Source: an uncultured bacterium
GTDB taxonomy: Bacteria; SAR324; NAC60-12
NCBI GenBank assembly: GCA_964010765.1
Contig: CAXGMD010000034.1
Coordinates: 1 to 33,691, forward strand
Reading direction: 5' to 3'
Length of the DNA: 33,691 bases
Under the pieces are notes generated by a model. That model was not told where the DNA came from and searched no databases. It saw nothing but the letters and a program-made list of their open reading frames with translations. Of this stretch, positions 26,083-33,691 are shown piece by piece. A program made the position numbers and the translations under genes. Numbering within the stretch: position 1 is the first letter of the stretch; each line of letters opens with the position of its first letter.

Positions 26083-27092
26083 TTGGCCATTTTCTCAGGA
26101 ACCTGTTGAATTTGCTCACGACTCACCATCAGGTTAGCGACAGCCCGTAGTGCTTCAGGTCCAAAGTCCAGCATCCCTACCCATTCCTTCTCCAAAGCTT
26201 TCGAGAGGGCAGCAGCTGAAGTCCCTGGCGTCTGAAAAACGATTATGTTTGTTTGCACGCTGTCCAGATCAACCCCAATGCCTTCCACCTGGCTCAGCCC
26301 TTCTGCCAGCAGGCGTGCGTTAGCATGATCTTCTGCGAGCCGCTCCCGGTGATTTTCCAAGGCATACAAAGCCCCGGCTGCGATGATGCCTGCCTGTCGC
26401 ATTCCACCTCCAAACATTTTTCGGAAGTGACGCGCTCGTTGAATGAAAGCTTTGCTACCTGCCAGAGCTGAACCGACCGGTGCTCCCAAGCCTTTAGAAA
26501 AGCAGACGCTGACGCTGTCAAAGTCAGATACCAGTTCAGCTTCTGGTGTGCCTAGCGCAACGCTGGCGTTCCAGAGTCGAGCACCATCCAGATGCAGCGC
26601 AAGGTCACGCTCTCGGCAAACGACACCAATTTTACGGATTTCTTCCAGCGGATAGATTCGTCCACCCCCTCGATTGTGAGTGTTCTCAAGGCAGACCAGC
26701 CGTGTGATTGGATGGTGGACGTCCGGTTTGCGCAGTGATTTCACCAACTGGTCAGCAGTGAAGACACCGTGGTCTCCAGAAATCAGACGACAGGAAGCAC
26801 CAGACAGCGCTGCTGGACCACCACCTTCGTAGTAGTAAATATGGGCCTGAGCCTCCAAAATCACCTCATCACCCGGTTGAGTGTGAGTGCGTAGCCCAAC
26901 TTGGTTGGTCATCGTGCCAGAAGGCATGAAGACCGCCTCTTCCTTGCCTAGAATAGCGGCTGTTTTCTCTTCTAGACGAAGTACAGTTGGATCTTCGTGA
27001 TGAACATCATCACCGACCTCGGCTTCAGCAATGGCTTTGCGCATTTCGGTGGTTGGTTTGGTGACAGTATCGCTTCGCAGGTCAATCCACAT
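26061..27092 (-). CDS. ltaE: Low-specificity L-threonine aldolase
   Basis: [64 protein letters not shown] before ATG 27092. Confidence 0.96.
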   Translation of the reverse strand: MWIDLRSDTVTKPTTEMRKAIAEAEVGDDVHHEDPTVLRLEEKTAAILGKEEAVFMPSGTMTNQVGLRTHTQPGDEVILEAQAHIYYYEGGGPAALSGASCRLISGDHGVFTADQLVKSLRKPDVHHPITRLVCLENTHNRGGGRIYPLEEIRKIGVVCRERDLALHLDGARLWNASVALGTPEAELVSDFDSVSVCFSKGLGAPVGSALAGSKAFIQRARHFRKMFGGGMRQAGIIAAGALYALENHRERLAEDHANARLLAEGLSQVEGIGVDLDSVQTNIIVFQTPGTSAAALSKALEKEWVGMLDFGPEALRAVANLMVSREQIQQVPEKMAKALKSLR

Positions 27093-27169
27093 CAAATCCT
27101 CCTAAAGAGTGAAGTATCAGAAAAAAGTTCAGCGTGCCGAGGTCTGCTTTGGATGTCAAATCCGAATGA

Positions 27170-28174
27170 TCAGGCAGAATCCATTCGTGCATGGTGACAA
27201 GCTACCAATTGGCCTGTTCGGATTTGCCGAAATTCGGGTCGCTGTTGGCGGCACTCGCTGGTCACTTGCGGACAACGTTCGGCAAAAACGCAGCCAGTAT
27301 GCTGCTTGGTAGGACTCGGCACATCCCCAGCGAGCACGCGCTCACCCAGAGGACGTCGGTTCTTTGGATCTCCAGAGGGAATTGACCGCAGAAGAGCTTG
27401 TGTGTAGGGATGGGCAGGAGTTTGGAAGAGTTCCCTCCGGTTGGCGATCTCCACGATGCGGCCTAGGTACATCACCGCAACTCGATCTGCCAGATGCTGA
27501 ATCACTGCCAGGTCATGACTGATGAACAGATAACTCAACCCTTGTTGTTGTTGTAATTCAAGCAATAGGTTGAGAATTTGCGCCTGAATCGAGACATCGA
27601 GTGAGGAAACCGCTTCGTCACAAAGTACGATTTCAGGACGCAGAGCCAGCGCCCGGGCAATACTGATACGCTGACGTTGACCACCAGAAAACTCGTGCGG
27701 AAAGCGTTTCAAATGTTCGGATCGCAACCCAACCTGTTCCAGCAGCTTCGTGGCAAAATCCTGAGTCTCTGAGGCACGGATGTGTCCATGATAGCAAGCT
27801 GCGCTGCTGATGATCTCTTCAATCGTCAGTCGTGGATTGAGAGAAGCGTAGGGGTTCTGAAAAATCAACTGCATCCGCAGTCTTTGTTTCCGAAGCTCTG
27901 TAGAACTCAGCACACCGAGTTCAGTATCTTTCAGCCAGACTCTTCCTCCGGTGGGGGGATGGAGGTAGAGCAAGCTGCGCGCAAGCGTAGACTTTCCACA
28001 ACCAGACTCTCCCACTAGCCCTAAGGTCTCACCGGCATTTAACACAAAGCTGACTCCGTCCACTGCCCGGACAAAGCCCACTGTCCTACCTAGCAGTCCT
28101 TGGCGAATAGGGAAGTAAGTCTGTAGATCCTGCACTCGGAGGATAGAAGTTTTGGAAGAGGAGGAACTTTTCAT
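27170..28174 (-). CDS. oppF: Oligopeptide ABC transporter ATP-binding protein
   Basis: [43 protein letters not shown], Cys-rich C-terminus; start ATG 28174. Confidence 0.92.
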   Translation of the reverse strand: MKSSSSSKTSILRVQDLQTYFPIRQGLLGRTVGFVRAVDGVSFVLNAGETLGLVGESGCGKSTLARSLLYLHPPTGGRVWLKDTELGVLSSTELRKQRLRMQLIFQNPYASLNPRLTIEEIISSAACYHGHIRASETQDFATKLLEQVGLRSEHLKRFPHEFSGGQRQRISIARALALRPEIVLCDEAVSSLDVSIQAQILNLLLELQQQQGLSYLFISHDLAVIQHLADRVAVMYLGRIVEIANRRELFQTPAHPYTQALLRSIPSGDPKNRRPLGERVLAGDVPSPTKQHTGCVFAERCPQVTSECRQQRPEFRQIRTGQLVACHHARMDSA

Positions 28175-28175
28175 C

Positions 28176-29165
28176 TCAGGTATCCTGAGGGAATTCGTAC
28201 CAGCGGTAACAACGGCTCCGATGTGAGAAACCCAATAATTCAGGTATCTTGACGGAACAGTCGGGTCCTGGCCAGGGACAACGATCGAGGAAGCGGCAGC
28301 CCTCGGATAACTCCTGCAAGGCAGGAACATTTCCTGGAATATGGTAGAGTCTTTCTCGTTGGCCTGAGATCTCCGTTAGACTGGGTCTTGATTTGAGTAG
28401 CCCACGGGTGTAGGGATGCCGTGGACGTTCGAAAATTGCCCGAACCGAGGTTTCTTCAATGATGTCTCCGGCATACATCACTGCGACCCGATCGGCCATT
28501 TCAGCGATCACCCGAAGGTCGTGGCTGATGAAGAGCAGGGCCATCCCGTGTTGCTTTTGCAGTTGGCGCAACAGGTGAAGAATCTGGACCTGAATCGTGA
28601 CGTCCAGTGCAGTGGTTGGCTCATCGGCAATTAACAATGCTGGCTCACAGGCCAAGGCCATGGCAATCATCACCCGTTGACACATGCCTCCACTCAACTC
28701 ATGCGGATAGCGTGACCATTGCCGCTCAGGGTCGGGCAGCCCGACTTCGCTGAGTAGCGACAAGCCTCGCTCACGAGCACGGTTGAGTGAGAAACCCTTG
28801 TGACGACGTAGTGGTTCAGATATTTGCTTGCCAATCGTCAGTACAGGATTCAGAGCCGAGCTAGGGTCCTGAAAAATCATTGAGATCTGGTTGCCGCGTA
28901 GTTCTCTTCGTTTTCGTTCCGAGAGTTTCAGTAGGTCTTCTCCAGCAAAGTGAATTTCTCCGCTTGTGATTCTTCCGGGTGAACTGATTAGTCCCATAAT
29001 CGCCAAGGCTGTCAGGGACTTGCCACAACCAGACTCTCCAACCAACCCAAGTGTTTTTCCTCGTTCCAGTTGCAAATCCAATTCATTGATTGCGGTCACT
29101 TTTCCACTACGCAGTAGGAAGTCAACTTTCAGATTTTCCAACTGTAGTAAGGGGGTTTGAGCCAT
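28176..29165 (-). CDS. oppD: Oligopeptide ABC transporter ATP-binding protein
   Basis: [41 protein letters not shown]. Confidence 0.93.
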   Translation of the reverse strand: MAQTPLLQLENLKVDFLLRSGKVTAINELDLQLERGKTLGLVGESGCGKSLTALAIMGLISSPGRITSGEIHFAGEDLLKLSERKRRELRGNQISMIFQDPSSALNPVLTIGKQISEPLRRHKGFSLNRARERGLSLLSEVGLPDPERQWSRYPHELSGGMCQRVMIAMALACEPALLIADEPTTALDVTIQVQILHLLRQLQKQHGMALLFISHDLRVIAEMADRVAVMYAGDIIEETSVRAIFERPRHPYTRGLLKSRPSLTEISGQRERLYHIPGNVPALQELSEGCRFLDRCPWPGPDCSVKIPELLGFSHRSRCYRWYEFPQDT

Positions 29166-30104
29166 TCAGTCCTGTAACTTGGGATCAAAGGCATCACGCA
29201 GGCCATCTCCTACAAAGTTGAAGGCCAGAACAGTCAGGGTCATTGCGGTTGCTGGAGCTAAAATCAGGTGAGGGTAGGAACGAATTCCTTCCAGTCCTTC
29301 AGAAATCATTGCGCCCCAACTTGGAACAGGTGGATTGACTCCCAGTCCAATGAAGCTCAGCACCGACTCGAAGATGATGTAATCCGGAATCGCGACAGAC
29401 TCAGCGACGATACAAGTTCCCAGTAGATTGGGAAACAGGCGACGAAAAAGAATAGTTGGCACCCCAAAGCCCTGCACGAGATCAGCTTCGATAAATTCTC
29501 GGCGCCGTAGCGAGAGGGTCTCTGCTCGGGCAATCCGAGCCATCCTTACCCAAGAAGTCAGCCCGATTCCGATGAAAATGGAAAGCAGGCCTCCCAATTG
29601 ACTATCCCATTCATAGAAGATCGCCTTGAATCCGGTGAACTCGTCTGGATTCCCTGCACGAAAATAGACCATTATCAGGATCACAAACAGCAGAGTGGGA
29701 ACTGCATTGAGAATGTCAACAAACCGCATCATCCATTCATCCAGCTTGCCCCCGTAGTAGCCAGCAACCAACCCGTAGCTGACACCAATGATAAAGCTTG
29801 CTAGAGCGGCACAGATCGCAACTGTTAGTGAAATTCTAGCCCCATAGAGGATCCGGCTCCAGACATCACGACCCAAAAAGTCGGTACCTAGCAGGAATTC
29901 TTCTTCTCCGGGTTGCAGATAGGTAGCGAGGAAGTCCTCTTCAGCGAAGTGTCGCGGAGCGAGCCAATCAACGAAGATGGCAACTAGAAAAAGAATCAGC
30001 AGAAACAAAAAACTGCTCAATGCCAATCGGTTTCTGGCGAACCGTCGGAAAGCAAGCCGATTGAGACTTTTACTGATGGTCGGTGAGGCAGAAGTTTCAA
30101 TCAT
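29166..30104 (-). CDS. oppC: Oligopeptide ABC transporter permease
   Basis: LGTDFLGRD, GARISL, ARIARAETL, ESVLSFIGLG, SWGAMI, GDGLRDAFDPK. Confidence 0.93.
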   Translation of the reverse strand: MIETSASPTISKSLNRLAFRRFARNRLALSSFLFLLILFLVAIFVDWLAPRHFAEEDFLATYLQPGEEEFLLGTDFLGRDVWSRILYGARISLTVAICAALASFIIGVSYGLVAGYYGGKLDEWMMRFVDILNAVPTLLFVILIMVYFRAGNPDEFTGFKAIFYEWDSQLGGLLSIFIGIGLTSWVRMARIARAETLSLRRREFIEADLVQGFGVPTILFRRLFPNLLGTCIVAESVAIPDYIIFESVLSFIGLGVNPPVPSWGAMISEGLEGIRSYPHLILAPATAMTLTVLAFNFVGDGLRDAFDPKLQD

Positions 30105-30126
30105 GGATGGGTCATGGGGAAGATGG

Positions 30127-31044
30127 TCATTCTAATCGAATCCTTGGATCTGCCCAGGCGTAGAGGATGTCTACTAAGGTGTTCATGAGAATGATCAGAA
30201 ATCCATAGAGCAGGTAGATGCCCATGACGACGGGGTAGTCACGGTTACTGATGCTAGTGATGAAGTAACTTCCCAAACCAGGAATAGCAAAGATCTCTTC
30301 CACCACCAGAGTGCCCGTGAGCAGATAAGCCAAAATGGGGCCCATGATAGTAAGCACAGGGAGTAAGGCATTGCGGAGTGCATGCTGACCAAGGACAGAA
30401 ATTTCTGAAAGTCCTTTGGCTCGAGCTGTACGGATAAAGTCTTCTTGAATGACTTGGAGCATGCTGGAACGAGTCAGCCTGGAAATCACTGCCGCAATGC
30501 CCAGCCCTAAAGCAAGCGTTGGTAGCACCTTGGAATCCCAGGTCGTCCAGCGAGCAATGGGTAGCCATTTAAGAAAGAGTCCAAAGAAGAGGATCAGCAT
30601 TGGGGCCAGCGCCAAGTTGGGGATGCTAGTGCCCAAAACAGCCAGCAAGGTGGCTACATAATCTGGTAGTTTGTTATGGTATGCAGCTGCAAGGACTCCC
30701 AGTGGCAGCCCAAACAAGATTCCAAAGAGCATGGCATAGAAGCCAAGTTCCAGTGAGATTGGCAGGCGTTGCACGATCAGGTCGATGACAGGTAGATCCC
30801 GTTGGGAATAGCTGACGCCCAAATCTCCTTGCAGGGCATTACCAACGTAGCGCACAAACTGCTCCCAGAGTGGCTTATCCAAGCCATAATAGGCTTCGAT
30901 ATTGCGCAGGATCTCAGGTGGGAGGCTTTTTTCTGTGTCGAAAGGCCCCCCAGGGAGTGCCTTCAGTAGTAGAAAGACGAGGGCAGCGATCACGAGCAGC
31001 GACAGGGCACCGCTACCCAATCGCCGCACCAGGAAGTTCAGCAT
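30127..31044 (-). CDS. oppB: Oligopeptide ABC transporter permease
   Basis: PGGPF, YGLDKPL, GDLGVS, RTARAKGL, HALRNA, PGLG, RDYP, DPRIR. Confidence 0.94.
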   Translation of the reverse strand: MLNFLVRRLGSGALSLLVIAALVFLLLKALPGGPFDTEKSLPPEILRNIEAYYGLDKPLWEQFVRYVGNALQGDLGVSYSQRDLPVIDLIVQRLPISLELGFYAMLFGILFGLPLGVLAAAYHNKLPDYVATLLAVLGTSIPNLALAPMLILFFGLFLKWLPIARWTTWDSKVLPTLALGLGIAAVISRLTRSSMLQVIQEDFIRTARAKGLSEISVLGQHALRNALLPVLTIMGPILAYLLTGTLVVEEIFAIPGLGSYFITSISNRDYPVVMGIYLLYGFLIILMNTLVDILYAWADPRIRLE

Positions 31045-31054
31045 TGGCTTGGAA

Positions 31055-32686
31055 TCATGGGCGTCCCGTCAAGCGCCAGTAGCGGATCTGCTGTCCACCC
31101 AACGCCATGTGATACCAGTCTTTCAGCCGAGAATTGATCAGGTACTTGGAAGTGTAGAAGTAGAGCGGAATAATCGCAGCCTCTTCTTCGTTGAGGATCT
31201 GCTCGGCTCGACGGTAGAGTTGGATGCGCTCACTCGGATCTGTCGAACCCATCGCTTTTTCGGTCAACTGGGCGTATTCGCTGTTTTGCCAACGAATGCG
31301 ATTGGTGGACTTGGTTGGGTGGAATACTTCCATCAGCCAGTTGTTGGCGTCTGGATAGTCAGCGCACCAGCCAAAGCGGAATAGATGTGGGGCATCGGGT
31401 TGGGTAGTTGACTTCAGGTAGACTTTCCATTCCTGGTTTTCGATTCTGATGTTGATTCCAAGGTTGCGCTTGAGCATGGCTTGTACAGCCTGAGCGATCT
31501 TGGCGTGGTTTTCCGAGGTGTTGTGCATGTAAGTGATAGTGGGGAATCCTTCACCATCTGGATAACCAGCTTCTGCAAGCCAACGACGGGCCTGCTCTGG
31601 ATCATAGCCAATTCCAATACCTTCCTTCGGATCTACGGACCCAAAGATTGGAGGCCGAGTGAAAGTCGTTGCCGGTTCTTCTCCACCCTTGGTGATTCGT
31701 TCCACCAAAGTCTTACGGTCGATGGCTGCAGAAAGCGCCTTGCGGACCAGTGGATTGTTGGTCGGTTCCCGTTCGTTGTTCACTCCCAGGTAGTAGGTGC
31801 AGAGGTCTGGTTGAGCAGAATATCGGTCTGCATATTCTTTGCGCACGCGGTCGATCTCTGCGACGGGAATCGAGAGAAAAGTTCCTCCAATGATGTCCAG
31901 TTCTCCGTTCTCAAACATCGCTAGGCCGGTGGAGGATTCAGGAATGATATAGTAATTTACCTCCTCAATCTGAGCAGGCTGCTGGGTGACCGAGTCTTTG
32001 TAATCAGGATTGCGCTTGAGGATCAACTGATTGCCTTTTTCCCAGGTGGCAAGCCGATAGGATCCGTTTGTCAGGATGTGCTCAGGCTCCGTCCAGGCAG
32101 TGCCAAAGGCTTCAATGGAACGTCGAGGCAGAGGTCGATAGGTCCAGAGGCCTGCCATCGCTGGGAAAAATCCAGCGGGTTGTGTAAGCCGAAATTCGAC
32201 CGTGTAGTCATCCACTGCACGGACTCCGAGGCTGTTGAAGTCCTTGCTTTCCCCCTTATTGATTGCTTCTGCCCCTTCGAGAATGTAGAGGGCATAGGCG
32301 TAGGGGGAGGCCGTCTCGGGGTTGATGTTGCGACGAATCGCATATTCAATGTCATGGGCTGTGACTGGAACCCCATCACTCCAGAAGACATCCTTGCGCA
32401 TCTCGAAGGTGTAGGTGCGACTGTCCGCACTGGCTGACCATTTTGTGGCCAACTCCGGAATCACCTCATAGGTCTTCGGATCGTAGTCAGTCAGGCCGAG
32501 AAAGAGCTGTTCAATGACCTCAATGGAAGAGGAATCCTGGGCCAACCCTGGGTCCAGAGTTGGGATGGCACTCATTTGAGGCAAACGCAGAGTTTTTGTG
32601 ATGTCCTGGGCGATGACAGCAGGAGCGGAGAGCAGCAACAGCCCACTAAGCAGGCAAAGAGTTCGACGAACAGCAGCAAGCAGCAT
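31055..32686 (-). CDS. oppA: Oligopeptide ABC transporter substrate-binding protein
   Basis: Start ATG 32686 after GGAGG, signal peptide; TLDP, WSDGVPVTAHD, NGSY, VRKALSAAIDR, GWCADYPD. Confidence 0.93.
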   Translation of the reverse strand: MLLAAVRRTLCLLSGLLLLSAPAVIAQDITKTLRLPQMSAIPTLDPGLAQDSSSIEVIEQLFLGLTDYDPKTYEVIPELATKWSASADSRTYTFEMRKDVFWSDGVPVTAHDIEYAIRRNINPETASPYAYALYILEGAEAINKGESKDFNSLGVRAVDDYTVEFRLTQPAGFFPAMAGLWTYRPLPRRSIEAFGTAWTEPEHILTNGSYRLATWEKGNQLILKRNPDYKDSVTQQPAQIEEVNYYIIPESSTGLAMFENGELDIIGGTFLSIPVAEIDRVRKEYADRYSAQPDLCTYYLGVNNEREPTNNPLVRKALSAAIDRKTLVERITKGGEEPATTFTRPPIFGSVDPKEGIGIGYDPEQARRWLAEAGYPDGEGFPTITYMHNTSENHAKIAQAVQAMLKRNLGINIRIENQEWKVYLKSTTQPDAPHLFRFGWCADYPDANNWLMEVFHPTKSTNRIRWQNSEYAQLTEKAMGSTDPSERIQLYRRAEQILNEEEAAIIPLYFYTSKYLINSRLKDWYHMALGGQQIRYWRLTGRP

Positions 32687-32829
32687 GGGAACCTCCACTG
32701 GAATCGTGATGATTATGATGAGGAACAGAGCCACAAAGGTACCCATCATGGTTCTGGAAAACAAGTCTGACAACATAAGAAAGGCACCAATGGAACAACA
32801 TTTATTCAATCTTTCAAGGAGATAGACTG

Positions 32830-33666
32830 ATGGACCTGCCACTAAAGCAAGGCGCCACTTTTTCTTTGTTGGAAGGACCAGAAACTGGGCGATTACTCCT
32901 AATGATTCATGGCGCCACAGTGCCTCACTGGGAGTTTGACCAACTCGTACCTCATTTGCACAAGGCCAACTGGCAAACACTCCGTATGGATCTCTATGGT
33001 CATGGTCGTTCTGCTCGCCCTGAGAGAGACTACACCATCTCATTGTTTACGGAGCAAATCTGGGAAGCACTATCCTACTTGAGAACCAAGACAGGTATCT
33101 CCGTACTAGGCCATTCTCTTGGGGCGGTGATTGCTGTGAATCTTGTTCAACAACATCCAGAATTTTTCCGACATTTGATACTGGTTGCGCCAATGCTGGA
33201 TTTCATTGCAAAGCAGTGGTGGAGCCGATTACTACAAGTACCCGGTTTAGGTGAGTGGATGATGAGAAAGGTTGTGATCACCCAACTCCGAAAACGTCGT
33301 CAGCGCAGATACAGTGCTATTGGAGTGGAGTCCTTTATTCCTCGCTTTGAAGAGCAGCTAGCTTACCCTGGTTTCGATAGGGCGCTGCTTTCGATGTTTC
33401 GTTGTGGCACACTCGCAGACCAAGGGATGGTCTATAGGAATTGTGGTTCTCTCACCAAGGATGTAGCCAAGTTCTTGCTCTGGGGTGAGGAAGATCACGT
33501 TGTTTCGAGGCAAGATATTGAGAAGATCTGCGCTCTGATTGGCCCTCATCAAATGGAAATAATGTCGGATACAGAGCACAATCTCTTCATTACCCATCCT
33601 GAACAGGTCGCTGCCAAACTGCTGAGCTTTTTGGAAGGCACACCAACCATGTCACAAACGGGCTAA
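32830..33666 (+). CDS. Alpha/beta hydrolase
   Basis: IHG, DLYGHGRS, nucleophile elbow GHSLG, WGEED, catalytic His in TEHN; RBS AAGGAG. Confidence 0.92.
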   Translation: MDLPLKQGATFSLLEGPETGRLLLMIHGATVPHWEFDQLVPHLHKANWQTLRMDLYGHGRSARPERDYTISLFTEQIWEALSYLRTKTGISVLGHSLGAVIAVNLVQQHPEFFRHLILVAPMLDFIAKQWWSRLLQVPGLGEWMMRKVVITQLRKRRQRRYSAIGVESFIPRFEEQLAYPGFDRALLSMFRCGTLADQGMVYRNCGSLTKDVAKFLLWGEEDHVVSRQDIEKICALIGPHQMEIMSDTEHNLFITHPEQVAAKLLSFLEGTPTMSQTG

Positions 33667-33691
33667 GAGATAGCTAAGAAGCCAAGGCCTG

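Noticed and set aside
28175..28330. Extended N-terminus of oppF
   Set aside because: Overlaps oppD in another frame; ATG 28174 follows the oppD stop directly
32687..33043. 119-aa N-terminal extension of oppA
   Set aside because: Overlaps the divergent hydrolase gene; GGAGG and a signal peptide mark ATG 32686
111..33597. Many 60-160 aa alternative-frame and antisense ORFs in the track
   Set aside because: They lie largely within well-supported genes and show no family motifs

Overview
Chromosomal housekeeping region of a Gram-negative bacterium. Gene style looks Deltaproteobacteria/SAR324-like, which is an inference. Gene order: thermonuclease-like, yggS, ruvA, ssb (-); lptD, a small OM barrel, a lone nuoM, tRNA-Ser(GGA), SRP RNA, dnaX, ybaB, lipoate ligase (+); Spy/CpxP-like and DegP-like (-); folK; hemE; a DnaC-like ATPase; yicC, cmk, sppA, mgsA, [hidden gene], argC (-); two hypotheticals; cyaY; M16 peptidase, lipoprotein, thioesterase (+); oppABCDF and ltaE (-); an alpha/beta hydrolase. 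No transposase, integrase, phage gene or CRISPR array was seen. Several signals are invisible to the ORF track. (1) An unannotated ArsC-like selenoprotein gene at 17085-17435 (-) with an in-frame UGA in a UxxC motif and a SECIS-like hairpin. (2) An apparently homologous ~60-aa helical module inserted in frame in two unrelated envelope proteins, LptD and the M16 peptidase. (3) An A9 slippage site in dnaX placed to give a gamma subunit. (4) The nuoM stop codon lies inside the tRNA-Ser gene. (5) The SRP RNA has a UAAC tetraloop. (6) Four 11-bp-phased BaeR-like boxes precede the spy-degP operon. (7) A stand-alone zinc-finger DnaC-like ATPase. (8) An exact 32-bp tandem duplication at the end of ltaE.
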